From NCBI RefSeq assembly GCF_900079115.1, contig NZ_LT549890.1, positions 900,001 to 932,000 on the forward strand: DNA of 32,000 nucleotides. Reading direction: 5' to 3'. The notes below the pieces were generated by a model that made no database searches, was not told where the DNA came from, and saw nothing but the letters and a program-made list of their open reading frames with translations. Source of the DNA: Saccharolobus solfataricus. GTDB lineage: Archaea > Thermoproteota > Thermoprotei_A > Sulfolobales > Sulfolobaceae. The position numbers and the translations under genes are program-made. Below are positions 7,091 through 16,603 of the stretch, piece after piece; the stretch's first letter is position 1, and every line of letters starts with the position of its first letter.

Positions 7091-9064
7091 ATGGAAGTTA
7101 GGAAAACCATATGCCCTTTCTGTGGTGTAGGTTGTGGTCTAGATTTTTATGTAGAGAATAACTTTATATTTAGGGTATCTCCATCACAAGAGCACATTGT
7201 TAGCAGAGGACACGTTTGCGGTAAGGGCGCTGTTGCTTCAGAAGTAATTTACGCCTGGGACCGTTTAACTTATCCTTTAAAGAGAGTTAAGGACACTTTC
7301 GTTAGGACTACTTGGGATGAAGCAATTAGCGATATTGCTAGCAAGTTAAAGGAAATTAGGAGTAAGTATGGCTCAGAGGCTATTGCCTTTTACGGGGGTT
7401 GTCAGAATACGTTGGAGGAAGGATATTCGTTCATGAAGTTGGCTAGAGCTTTGGGTACTAATAATGTTGACTCGTGTGCTAGGGTTTGTCATGAGCCCTC
7501 TGCAATGGCTTTAAAGGAGTTAGTCGGTATTGGAGCTTCTTCTGTTACCGTTTCTGAAATTTTGAATGCTAGAAATATTGTAATTTCTGGAGAATCTGTG
7601 ACTGATAGCCATCCCGTTTTGTCTCAATATTTAGTTGAGGCTAAGAGAAAGGGTGTGAAAATTGTAGTTATTGATCCTAGGATGACTGGTACTGCTAGGA
7701 TTGCTGATTTGTTTTTACAGATTAGTAGTGGTACTGATATTTATCTATATAACGCTGTTGCGAATTATTTGATAAGTAACGGATTATATGATAGTAAGTT
7801 CGTTAAGGAACGTGTTGAGAACTTTGATGAGTTTAGGGAGATTGTAAAGTCTTATACTATTGAGGAAGCCGAGAGGATTACTAGTGTTAGTAAGGATAAG
7901 ATTATTGAGTTCGCTAGGATTATTGCAAATAAGCCTACAATACTCTCATGGGGTTTGGGTTTAACTCAGTCAAGTGGCGTTAATGCCGTAAAGGCTTACA
8001 TTAACCTAGCATTGCTTACTGGGAATGTTGGTATTAATGGTGGGGGACTATTAGTTTATAGGGGTCAAACAAATGTTCAAGGTTCTGGTGATTTAATAAA
8101 GCCAGATGTTTTCCCAAATGGTCCAATGAATGAGGAAAACGCTAAGGAGTTGAGTAAGATTTGGGGTTTTGTTCCTCCAATCAAGAAGGGTTTGAGCATA
8201 ACTGAGGCTTTTCTAAGGGATAGTAATGTTAAGGCACTTTTTCTAATGAATTACAATCCAGCTTTTAGTTTGCCAAATAGATACAAGGTTATTAAGTTCT
8301 TGAAGTCGTTGGAATTGTTAGTAGTAATGGATCCGTTTATGACTGAGACTGCTAAATATGCACATTACGTTTTGCCTACTCCTTTATGGGCTGAAAAGGA
8401 GGGTTCAGTTACTAATTTAGATCGTACTGTTAAGTGGAGGTTTAAGGTTGTTGATCCTCCTGGGGAGGTTAGGAGTGAGTTGTGGATAATTAAGAGGATT
8501 GCTGAGAAGTTAGGTCTTACTGGTTTTCATGACGATCCTAAATTGGTGTTTAAAGAGATAAAGGAGGTTGCAAAGTTGTACTCTAATTTGACCCTTGATG
8601 AATTGATGGATTACTCTGTAGACTCCAGGTATCCTGATCACGAGTCTAGTCTGTACAAGGATAGGTTTATGACTCCTAGCGGTAAGGCTAAGTTTGGATT
8701 AGTTAGGTATAACGAAATATCTGGTGATAGTTACATTTTAATTACTGGTAGAGTTGTGACTAGGTATAATTCTGATGAGTTGATCAAGAGAGTCCCAGGA
8801 TATAGGAATTTCAGTTCTGATTTGTTGATAAACCCAGAGGATGCTACAAAGCTGAATATCAAAGACGGGGATATGGTTAAGGTTGTTTCTAAATGCGGCA
8901 TGGCTGTGATGAAAGCCAAGCTAACTAACGAGGTTAAGGTTGGTCATACGTTTGCTTATATGCATGATTACTATGTAAACAACGTTGTCTGTGACGATTT
9001 AGATGATATTTCTAAGACTCCAAGATATAAGATAACCTTTGTCAAGATTGAAAAATTGGGATAA
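7091..9064 (+). CDS. fdhA: Formate dehydrogenase alpha subunit (molybdo/tungstopterin, Cys-type), cytoplasmic
   Basis: N-terminal 4Fe-4S motif CPFCGVGCG...C. The active-site block DSCARVCHEPS has Cys-His where FdhH has SeCys-His. It has the conserved RGQTNVQGSGD block. No Tat/Sec signal. Confidence 0.8.
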   Translation: MEVRKTICPFCGVGCGLDFYVENNFIFRVSPSQEHIVSRGHVCGKGAVASEVIYAWDRLTYPLKRVKDTFVRTTWDEAISDIASKLKEIRSKYGSEAIAFYGGCQNTLEEGYSFMKLARALGTNNVDSCARVCHEPSAMALKELVGIGASSVTVSEILNARNIVISGESVTDSHPVLSQYLVEAKRKGVKIVVIDPRMTGTARIADLFLQISSGTDIYLYNAVANYLISNGLYDSKFVKERVENFDEFREIVKSYTIEEAERITSVSKDKIIEFARIIANKPTILSWGLGLTQSSGVNAVKAYINLALLTGNVGINGGGLLVYRGQTNVQGSGDLIKPDVFPNGPMNEENAKELSKIWGFVPPIKKGLSITEAFLRDSNVKALFLMNYNPAFSLPNRYKVIKFLKSLELLVVMDPFMTETAKYAHYVLPTPLWAEKEGSVTNLDRTVKWRFKVVDPPGEVRSELWIIKRIAEKLGLTGFHDDPKLVFKEIKEVAKLYSNLTLDELMDYSVDSRYPDHESSLYKDRFMTPSGKAKFGLVRYNEISGDSYILITGRVVTRYNSDELIKRVPGYRNFSSDLLINPEDATKLNIKDGDMVKVVSKCGMAVMKAKLTNEVKVGHTFAYMHDYYVNNVVCDDLDDISKTPRYKITFVKIEKLG

Positions 9065-9097
9065 ATTATTTTTAAAAAGGAAGGTGTTTCTCTATAT

Positions 9098-9841
9098 ATG
9101 TCTGAAGTTGCTATTGTAACCGGAGCATCAAAAGGTATAGGGAGAGCTGTTGTTAAGTTACTTAAGGAGAATAATTATACTGTTGTTTCGATTTCTAGGA
9201 GTAAATCGGATATTGGTGATGTAATTTATGATGCTGATGTCAGTGATAGGAGCACTGTATTTAGGATTGTAAATGAGGTACTGGAGAAGTTTGGCAAGAT
9301 TGACGTCTTGGTTAATAATGCAGGTTTTGGAGTTTATGGATCTTTTTTAGAGACTGATTTAAACGAGGAGGAGTACATGATTAGGACTAATCTTCTAGCC
9401 CCACTATACTTCATGAAGGCCGTGCTTCCACATATGGTTTCTAGGAGGAAGGGAAGTGTTGTTAACATCGTTTCGGAAGCTGCTTACGTATCTACACCCA
9501 AGCTTTTAGTTTACTCGGCAACTAAGGCTGGTTTAGCCAGTTTAACTAATGGCTTGTGGGCTGAAATGAGGAAATATAATGTTAGGGTAAGTGGTGTTTA
9601 CCCTGGCCCTGTCAGGACTAATTTTACCTCTCATCCTTCATTTAAAAAGAATAATGGCGATCCTTTTGCTAATTATAGCGTTGAGCCAGAGGCTGTAGCT
9701 AAAGCCGTTCTAAAAGCAATAAGGACTGGTAAGAGGGAGATTTATGTACCTTCAAGGTTGAAATTGGACCCCTATTTCCTTAAGCTTGCTAACCTTTTCC
9801 AGAGTTTCACTTATACTATAGTAAGTAATTATTTTAGCTAA
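9098..9841 (+). CDS. Short-chain dehydrogenase/reductase (SDR)
   Basis: TGASKGIG cofactor motif, NNAG, and catalytic YSATKAG (YxxxK). Confidence 0.85.
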   Translation: MSEVAIVTGASKGIGRAVVKLLKENNYTVVSISRSKSDIGDVIYDADVSDRSTVFRIVNEVLEKFGKIDVLVNNAGFGVYGSFLETDLNEEEYMIRTNLLAPLYFMKAVLPHMVSRRKGSVVNIVSEAAYVSTPKLLVYSATKAGLASLTNGLWAEMRKYNVRVSGVYPGPVRTNFTSHPSFKKNNGDPFANYSVEPEAVAKAVLKAIRTGKREIYVPSRLKLDPYFLKLANLFQSFTYTIVSNYFS

Positions 9842-9879
9842 CACATACGGGAGAAAAATTATAAAATGTTAAGGTTATT

Positions 9880-11088
9880 TTGTTAGAGAAAAATTTATTA
9901 CCGGAAATATTACTGGCTATACATATGCCGTTAAATAAAGGGTTAACTAGGGTTAAAGCTATCGTGATAATAATTGTTGTTATAATCGCAGTGATAGCTG
10001 GGGTTGTAGGATATTATTTAATTAATCATCCTTCTAATTCTGTAACTACTTCATCTTCATCTACTACAACTAGTTCTTCCCTATCTAGTACTAGCATATC
10101 TTCATCTACTACTAATATTACTTCATCTCAAGGTATTACAGTCTTCGTAGCGGGTGCTTATCTTGCAATTCTCAACTACCTAGCTGACCAATTTCAGAAC
10201 GCTACTGAAATTCCAGTTCATGTTGTAGGTAGTGGCTCCTTCGCATTAGCTTCACAAATAGCTTCCCAGACTCCAGTTCCAGCAAACGTTTTCATTCCAG
10301 TTGCCTATATTCAAGCTGTTGAGTTAACTGGCAGTAGGAATCCCGGTTGGGCTATAGCTTTTCTATCAGATCAGATGACAATAGTTTACTCTAACTACAC
10401 TACCAAATCTCCTTATTGGTCCCAACTATACTCCAATTACACCATGGCTATGGAGACCAACAATACTAAGTATTGGTATAATTTCTTCTACTTATTGACC
10501 ACCAGGTTCAGTCTGGGAATTGCTAATCCTAACACTGACCCAGAGGGATTATATGCGTATTTGATACTTCAAATGGCAAGTTATTTATATGCTAATCATA
10601 ATATAAGCTACTTTGTGCATCTCGTTAAAGCGAATCCAAATGTCAAAGTAGCCCCTAGTACAGCTAACTATGTAGCGCCCTTAAAGGCGGGTACTTTAGA
10701 CTTCACATTCTCTTATGTTTCCTATGCTGTATCTCAAGGATTGGAATATCTAAAACTACCTCCTTGGTTAAGTTTTGGTTATTATCCGAACGAGACGACA
10801 TGGTACAGTCAATTTGCTTATAATATAAGTGTAAATGGCCAAACATTAACAATTCATGGAAATCCAGTTTACTTATACATTACCATTCCATTAAACGCTT
10901 CGAATATACAAACTGCATATCAGTTTATTGGCTTCGTACTGGGTCATGAATCTCAACTTACCAGATTTAATGTAATTCCAATACAACCAGCTTTATTGTA
11001 TAATGAAACTAGTAATATTCCGCAGCCTATATTGAACTTGTTAAAATCTGGTGAGTTGAAGTATGCGGGTAATTTCTCTGAAGTTTAA
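9880..11088 (+). CDS. Molybdate/tungstate ABC-transporter substrate-binding protein (ModA/WtpA-like), membrane-anchored with a Ser/Thr-rich linker
   Basis: GSGSFALASQI...ANVFIPVAY and NPNTDPEGLYAYL resemble oxyanion-binding protein blocks. It has an N-terminal TM helix followed by an S/T-rich linker. The likely true start is ATG 9925 (MPLNKG...). It is adjacent to a ModB-type permease. Confidence 0.65.
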   Translation: MLEKNLLPEILLAIHMPLNKGLTRVKAIVIIIVVIIAVIAGVVGYYLINHPSNSVTTSSSSTTTSSSLSSTSISSSTTNITSSQGITVFVAGAYLAILNYLADQFQNATEIPVHVVGSGSFALASQIASQTPVPANVFIPVAYIQAVELTGSRNPGWAIAFLSDQMTIVYSNYTTKSPYWSQLYSNYTMAMETNNTKYWYNFFYLLTTRFSLGIANPNTDPEGLYAYLILQMASYLYANHNISYFVHLVKANPNVKVAPSTANYVAPLKAGTLDFTFSYVSYAVSQGLEYLKLPPWLSFGYYPNETTWYSQFAYNISVNGQTLTIHGNPVYLYITIPLNASNIQTAYQFIGFVLGHESQLTRFNVIPIQPALLYNETSNIPQPILNLLKSGELKYAGNFSEV

Positions 11089-11860
11089 TACCCTACAAGC
11101 CATATCCTTTTTTCTATCTCTCCTTTTAGCTTTACCAACTCTCTATTTGCTATTTTACGGCTATGGTCCGTTTTTTGTTAAATCAGTCGCGTTCAGTAGC
11201 TCTTTACTTTCCTCAATAGGTTTATCGTTTTTTGCTTCAGCCCTTTCCATTGTAATAACTGTTCTTATCTTTACTCCCTTGGCATATTATTTATCAAGAC
11301 ATAGGAATCCAATTATTGAGACTTTAGTCGATGTGCCAGCATCTATACCGCATCCCCTAGTTGGCATTGCTTTAATTTTCATTGATAGTCCCACTAATCC
11401 TCTAGGTGCTTTACTTTACTCTCATGGTATTATTTTTTACTACACTTATACTGGCTTATTGTTGGCTTTGATTATTGTTTCTAGTCCTATCTATATTCGT
11501 TCGATGCAGAATTTCTTCGAGTCTCTTCCAAGGTCTTATGAAATATATGCCATGAGTTTAGGTGCTTCCGAGTTCAAAGTATTTACTTCCGTAGTTTTCC
11601 CTCTTTCAATTAGGGGGATAATATCTGCTGGGCTAACTTCTATTGCTAGAGCTATAAGTGAATTTGGATCTGTGGTAATAGTTGCACCTTATGTTACTGG
11701 CTGGTTGTTTAACAACGCGTATGTGGCTTCAGTATATATTTATAATGAATACGAAACGTATTTTAGCGCTTCAATAAGTGCCTCAGCTACGCTTCTCCTT
11801 TTCTCCCTCATACTAATAGTTACAAGTAGGATAGTTAACCATTTCTTGTATAAGACATGA
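11063..11860 (+). CDS. Molybdate/tungstate/sulfate-type ABC permease (ModB/WtpB-like)
   Basis: Polytopic protein with the EAA-type loop region ARAISEFGSVVIVAPY. It overlaps the binding-protein gene. Confidence 0.7.
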   Translation: MRVISLKFNTLQAISFFLSLLLALPTLYLLFYGYGPFFVKSVAFSSSLLSSIGLSFFASALSIVITVLIFTPLAYYLSRHRNPIIETLVDVPASIPHPLVGIALIFIDSPTNPLGALLYSHGIIFYYTYTGLLLALIIVSSPIYIRSMQNFFESLPRSYEIYAMSLGASEFKVFTSVVFPLSIRGIISAGLTSIARAISEFGSVVIVAPYVTGWLFNNAYVASVYIYNEYETYFSASISASATLLLFSLILIVTSRIVNHFLYKT

Positions 11861-11883
11861 AAATCCTTTTAAATTATTAAGTA

Positions 11884-14061
11884 ATGAAGTATGGTAATAT
11901 GAAAAAATGGGCGCCATTAATATTATTTCTATTTTCTCTATTATTATTACAAGGAATATCTCTTCATGCCTCTTCACCGTCATTTTCCGTGAATGCAAGT
12001 TATTTAGCATCATTGCCTTACGCAAATTCTCATGTCGCAGTAGTATACTATCAAGGTAGCTTATATATCATAGGTGGGGATTCACATTCAAACCAAGTTT
12101 GGATATACTCCAATGGCACATGGAATATCGGGCCTAGTTTGCCTTTTAGTTTAGTTTCACCTTCAGCAATCGTCTATAATAACACAATTTATGTTATGGG
12201 TGGTTATAATAGCACTGGGATAAATCCTTACGTTCTTAAACTTAATGGTAATTCTTGGGTTGTCGTAAGTGAAATGCCACTCCCAGCATACTCACCTTAC
12301 ATATTTGTTTATAATAATGCGATTTACGTTATTGGTGGAGAGAACACCACTAGCCCAGCTGGCCTTTATTTTCCACCTTCTAATGCAATTAGATTATTCT
12401 ACCCCAATAACGATAGTTGGAGGATAATAGGTTACATGCCAGTTCCTACATATGGAGGTGGGTATGTATTTAATGGGACTTCCTTGATAATAGTTAGCGG
12501 TTACATTGGATATAGTGCCTATACCAATGACATATTGATTTATAGTCCACAAAACAATAATTGGACTATTCTTAATGGCGTTCTTCCCTACTGGATTCAC
12601 GATAGTGCCTTAGCCTATTATAGGGGTGTTTTGTTTATTGTGGGTGGTTATATTTATACTGCAGGTTCTGGTGGGGTTAATAACGCAATCCTTGCCTACT
12701 ATAATGGTAATTTGCAAAGAGTTGGATATCTTCCCGTCCCAGTATATTCTGCTGGTTATGTACAAGTAGGAAATATGTTGTATCTTGCTGGAGGCATTGG
12801 TAGTTCATTAAGTGATGTCTCTGCTTTACAGCTAATCACGTTTAACTTCCCACCTCTTCCCCCTAAGATAACCTCTTATTCTGCAGGAAATGAATCCGTT
12901 ACCTTAGGCTGGAATCCAGTTAGACTATCTAGTGGTTATGAGATAATATATTGGAATAACATGGGATTCAACAGCTCAATTAATGTAGGTAACGTTACTA
13001 GTTACACTGTAACTGGTTTGAAAGATGGTATAACATACTACTTTGAGGTTTTAGCTTATAATTCAATTGGCTATTCTTCTCCCTCAAGTATAATCGCGTT
13101 AACTCCAGCTTCAGTTCCTAACCCTCCACAACTCGTTTCTGTGAAGTACGGTAATGATAATGTTACATTGAATTGGTTGCCTCCAACTTTTTCTGGAGGC
13201 TATCTTTTACTAGGTTATTACGTTATTGTTAAGAACGAGAATTCGATGGTTAGCTCACATTTCGTTAATAGTACTAGTTTGACAATAAGTAATCTGACAC
13301 CAAACGTGACTTATAACGTTTTCATTTACGCTGTAAATAAGCTTGGTAATAGCTCTCCCCTAGTACTTACCGTTGTTCCAATTACCAAGGCTAGTGTTTT
13401 TGCATTTATAACTAAACTGGGAAATGGAATTTTAGTCAATTGGACTACTTCTTTCCCAGCTAATATAACTTTGGAACTGTATAATCCTAATGGTAACTTA
13501 ATTTCTCAGATTGCAGCTATAAAGGGTAATAGTAGCTATTTGTTTAGAGTACCTCAAGGTAATTATACGCTAGTAATAATAGCTTCAAACTCAGCTGGGG
13601 TTTCTAAATACGTTTATCAAGTAGTTTACTATTTACCACCAGCCTCTCCGCAAGTCTCGCTTATCGGATTTGGAAATAATCTGTACATTAGTTGGAATAA
13701 TGAAGCGAATGTAATCACATATCTCGTTTACGTTAATAATAGTCTGGTTTATGAGGGACCAAGTAATAGCATTGTGACTAATATTAGTAATGGTACTTAT
13801 TTAGTAAAGGTTATCGGTGTGAATCCAGCTGGCTCTTCATCTCCTGGCATTGCTGTAATTCACTATACCGGTGATTACGTCACTGTGGTTAAGATGAAGG
13901 TTGTTAATGTTACTATTGTCAGTAAGATCGCTTCGGCAGTATCAGGTAATGGCAATAATTTAAGTTTAGGTCAAAGTATTGTTATCATATTACTGGCTGT
14001 AATGATTTTGTTGAGTATTGCTATTATTACGAGAAATAGGAGCAATGGATTTGATTGGTAA
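11884..14061 (+). CDS. Large secreted, C-terminally anchored surface protein: Kelch-type beta-propeller plus about 4 FN3/Ig-like modules
   Basis: Signal peptide MKKWAPLILFLFSLLLLQGISLHA. Repeated Kelch signatures (GSLYIIGG, NTIYVMGGYN, NAIYVIGGEN, GVLFIVGGY, NMLYLAGG). FN3-like modules (VTLGWNP...GYEIIYW...YYFEVLAYNSIGYSSPS; VTLNWLPP...YNVFIYAVNKLGNSSP). C-terminal TM helix IVIILLAVMILLSIAII. Very many N-x-S/T sequons. Confidence 0.7.
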   Translation: MKYGNMKKWAPLILFLFSLLLLQGISLHASSPSFSVNASYLASLPYANSHVAVVYYQGSLYIIGGDSHSNQVWIYSNGTWNIGPSLPFSLVSPSAIVYNNTIYVMGGYNSTGINPYVLKLNGNSWVVVSEMPLPAYSPYIFVYNNAIYVIGGENTTSPAGLYFPPSNAIRLFYPNNDSWRIIGYMPVPTYGGGYVFNGTSLIIVSGYIGYSAYTNDILIYSPQNNNWTILNGVLPYWIHDSALAYYRGVLFIVGGYIYTAGSGGVNNAILAYYNGNLQRVGYLPVPVYSAGYVQVGNMLYLAGGIGSSLSDVSALQLITFNFPPLPPKITSYSAGNESVTLGWNPVRLSSGYEIIYWNNMGFNSSINVGNVTSYTVTGLKDGITYYFEVLAYNSIGYSSPSSIIALTPASVPNPPQLVSVKYGNDNVTLNWLPPTFSGGYLLLGYYVIVKNENSMVSSHFVNSTSLTISNLTPNVTYNVFIYAVNKLGNSSPLVLTVVPITKASVFAFITKLGNGILVNWTTSFPANITLELYNPNGNLISQIAAIKGNSSYLFRVPQGNYTLVIIASNSAGVSKYVYQVVYYLPPASPQVSLIGFGNNLYISWNNEANVITYLVYVNNSLVYEGPSNSIVTNISNGTYLVKVIGVNPAGSSSPGIAVIHYTGDYVTVVKMKVVNVTIVSKIASAVSGNGNNLSLGQSIVIILLAVMILLSIAIITRNRSNGFDW

Positions 14062-14062
14062 A

Positions 14063-14104
14063 TAATAGGGTTAACAAGGTTTGAACCCGGGATCACCAGC
14101 GTTA
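14063..14104. repeat. Left attachment-site copy: decayed duplicate of the tRNA-Pro 3' exon
   Basis: 14080-14103 (tttgaacccgggatcaccagcgtt) matches 17732-17755 at 23 of 24 positions. The adjoining 17 nt (14063-14079) match 17715-17731 at 8 of 17 positions. 7 of those 9 differences are G-to-A or C-to-T in this copy. Confidence 0.55.
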
Positions 14105-14837
14105 TAGAAGAATCTTTATAACATCGTAAATTAGTTGCCATCTTACGGCAATACCTTACAAGTGTAACGCAAAGGCTTTCTTTGAATTTTAGATAAATAA
14201 AAGGAAAATAAGCGAAGAGATGCTAAGAATATGTTATGGCGGTAAATAAGCCTCATCACAAGACTTCATCCAAGATGATCAGAACGGAATTCGTGGATAA
14301 TATCAGTAAAAATTTTGATTGGATTAAAGCAATCTACAAAAGCATTTATCTAAATAAAGCACGCAAAAATCCTCCTCTTTAGATTCCACTCCCTATAGAG
14401 ATTTTCCTTAATTAAAAGAATTATACCCAAAATTACGATACTATGAAAACCGCAACCAAACAAACCTTATTACCTCTATAATAGATTTTTTAATAACTAC
14501 AATATGTTAAGTATCTGCTAACTAAAGTAACACGCTAACGTTTAATTCTGTTTGACAGAATATAATTTTATCAAAGCTAGCGTGACTTACTTTTAAATCA
14601 AAGTTTGATTTTGAATTTAAAAAACTTAACGAGCTTGGTATCTTAGAAAATTGAATGATTTAACAAATCATTAGATATAGAAAAATTTTAGCTACTTGAA
14701 GGTAATGGGAAACCTAACTGGGTAAGAATAAATTATTTCTCTCTAGATGTTTAATTTTGTAGTAAGTATTTAAATTAAGGCGATTATATATACTATAATG
14801 TAATAAATATACCAAATTCGCGTATTTTTATTAAAGG

Positions 14838-14855
14838 AAAAATAAATAATAAAAA
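14838..14855 (-). terminator. T-rich tract downstream of the ABC ATPase gene, a candidate archaeal oligo-T terminator
   Basis: The minus strand reads GCAGTTTTTATTATTTATTTTTCC starting about 12 nt after the TAA stop at 14870-14872. Confidence 0.3.
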
Positions 14856-14869
14856 CTGCACTTTATAAA

Positions 14870-15484
14870 TTATTTAATCTCAATTCGCTCTATTTTTCCT
14901 GTTCTTAAATATATTGTCTTATCACATGATTCTTTGAGCAGAAGATCATGAGAAGCAAAAATTATTGTACCGCTATACTCCCTTATCATATCCTTGACCG
15001 CTTTAGAATTTTCTATATCTAAATTAGATGTAGGCTCGTCAAGTAGTAGTAATTTGGCCTCGGCAGAGAAGGCTAAAGCTAATTTAAATAACCTTCTCTG
15101 ACCAGAACTTAGTTGGTAAGATTTCTTATAAAGAGGTAGATCGAATTTATTAATTAGCTCCTCTGTTTTATTTATATTAAAATCCCTTAATGACGTTATG
15201 AACTCTAAGTTTTCCTTTAAACTAGCATTTTCTAGAAATATTAAATACTCCTCTAGCATGTACATTTCACTTTTTCTTAGCTCTACAGTTGGATTCTTAT
15301 TAAATACCCTTACGTATCCAGAATCTGGATTTAACACGCCATAAATTAGATATAGTAAAGTAGTCTTACCAGAACCATTTGGACCTTGAATTAAAACTTT
15401 CTCTCCTTCATTTACACTGAAATTTACTTTTAGCTCAAAATTTTTAAATTTCTTAAAAACATCTACTTTAACTATCTCACTCAA
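14870..15484 (-). CDS. ABC transporter ATP-binding protein (short, about 200 aa)
   Basis: Walker A GPNGSGKTT, signature LSSGQ, Walker B LLLLDEP, H-loop ASHD. 8-nt overlap with the upstream permease gene. Confidence 0.85.
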   Translation of the reverse strand: MSEIVKVDVFKKFKNFELKVNFSVNEGEKVLIQGPNGSGKTTLLYLIYGVLNPDSGYVRVFNKNPTVELRKSEMYMLEEYLIFLENASLKENLEFITSLRDFNINKTEELINKFDLPLYKKSYQLSSGQRRLFKLALAFSAEAKLLLLDEPTSNLDIENSKAVKDMIREYSGTIIFASHDLLLKESCDKTIYLRTGKIERIEIK

Positions 15485-16571
15485 TACTCCTCACCTTTAG
15501 GAATTTGTGCTGATTACTGTAAGCAGAAAACACCGTATAGTACTCAATCAAAATAGAAGATACTAATAATCCAATTAGTCCAGCTATGAATGGATAGACG
15601 ACCGATAATGGATACCAGTAGACATCGTATAAATAATAATAAGCTATATATACTATTAATGGAATTATACCTATTACCAGAAACGGTAATATTAGCAGCT
15701 TAAAACTTCTCTTCTCGTCTACTCCATTAATTATGAATAGTGCCAGAACGTTTGAAAATCTACTTCTAATTCTAAATATAAGGAGTAATGAGATCAGAAT
15801 GTAAATGGTTTCGACTATTTCTGAGGTAGTCCTTAATGAGTTAAGCTGAAAATACGAAAATGTAAACGAGGAACCAAATCGAGTTATAGAATACCAGTCT
15901 GAAAGCGGTAAACCTTCGTATTTTGTATTAGATAAGAAAGCTTTGAATTCATTTAAAGCAGTATAATTATCTTTAAGAATTATAACATTATCTAATGAGT
16001 TTATAGTGTAGTTTATATTAGTTAAAGGTAAGATAGCAAATCCTTCTGCGGAAAAGAACGCGTTATATAATATTCCAACAACTCTTAAACTTATGATATT
16101 TTTTCCCATATATACACTAACGTTCTCACCTAGCTGAAGATTAAGCTGATTCATTTTACCAGCTACCAAATATACTCCATATTCTGGATATCTACCTATT
16201 GCGATCATAGAGGAAATAGGAAATATTTTCTTAGCCAAACTTAAATTATTTATTGCAATAGCCTCAACTGTAGCTCCACCAAGTCTAGCCCCTATATAAA
16301 TATATCCAAAAGGTGCTAAAGAATTATTACCGAAGAGCCTTTCTAACTGATTTATTACTAAAGTATTGTTATTACCGGCTATACTTACCACAGATAGATT
16401 GCTATAACTCGTTGCTCTAACTTGATATATGGTTAGGGAACTAAATAAGGCAAAAAAGAAAAGGTGCAAGATTGGAAGAAATAATAAAAGAATTAATAAA
16501 AATATTACTAAATCTCTTATACTATTTCTTGTTAAGAATTGTTTAAAAATAGATTTAAGCATATTTAGCAC
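15477..16571 (-). CDS. FtsX/MacB-type ABC permease: TM1, a large extracytoplasmic domain, then three C-terminal TMs
   Basis: The call rests on topology. TM about residues 20-45, an approximately 200-aa non-hydrophobic sequon-rich domain, then three C-terminal helices (IYILISLLLIF, LLILPFLVIGIIPLIVYIAYYYL, VVYPFIAGLIGLLVSSILI). The probable real start is ATG 16562, preceded by GGTG. No sequence motif recognised. Confidence 0.55.
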   Translation of the reverse strand: MLNMLKSIFKQFLTRNSIRDLVIFLLILLLFLPILHLFFFALFSSLTIYQVRATSYSNLSVVSIAGNNNTLVINQLERLFGNNSLAPFGYIYIGARLGGATVEAIAINNLSLAKKIFPISSMIAIGRYPEYGVYLVAGKMNQLNLQLGENVSVYMGKNIISLRVVGILYNAFFSAEGFAILPLTNINYTINSLDNVIILKDNYTALNEFKAFLSNTKYEGLPLSDWYSITRFGSSFTFSYFQLNSLRTTSEIVETIYILISLLLIFRIRSRFSNVLALFIINGVDEKRSFKLLILPFLVIGIIPLIVYIAYYYLYDVYWYPLSVVYPFIAGLIGLLVSSILIEYYTVFSAYSNQHKFLKVRSIE

Positions 16572-16603
16572 CTAATATATTTAATCAGATTGAGAAAAAA
16601 GAT

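Noticed and set aside
10030-10135. Ser/Thr-rich low-complexity stretch (tcttc/actac-rich DNA) considered as a tandem DNA repeat
   Set aside because: It is the S/T-rich linker between the membrane anchor and the globular domain of the solute-binding protein. It has no regular repeat unit at the DNA level.
12840-13900. Repeated FN3/Ig modules in the surface-protein gene considered as DNA-level repeats or recombination substrates
   Set aside because: The modules are similar only at the motif level in protein. I see no long identical nucleotide stretches.
14045-14052. ggatttga at the end of the Kelch/FN3 gene matching the tRNA T-arm/att sequence
   Set aside because: It is only 8 nt, which is too short to distinguish from chance. 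The real att remnant begins at about 14063.
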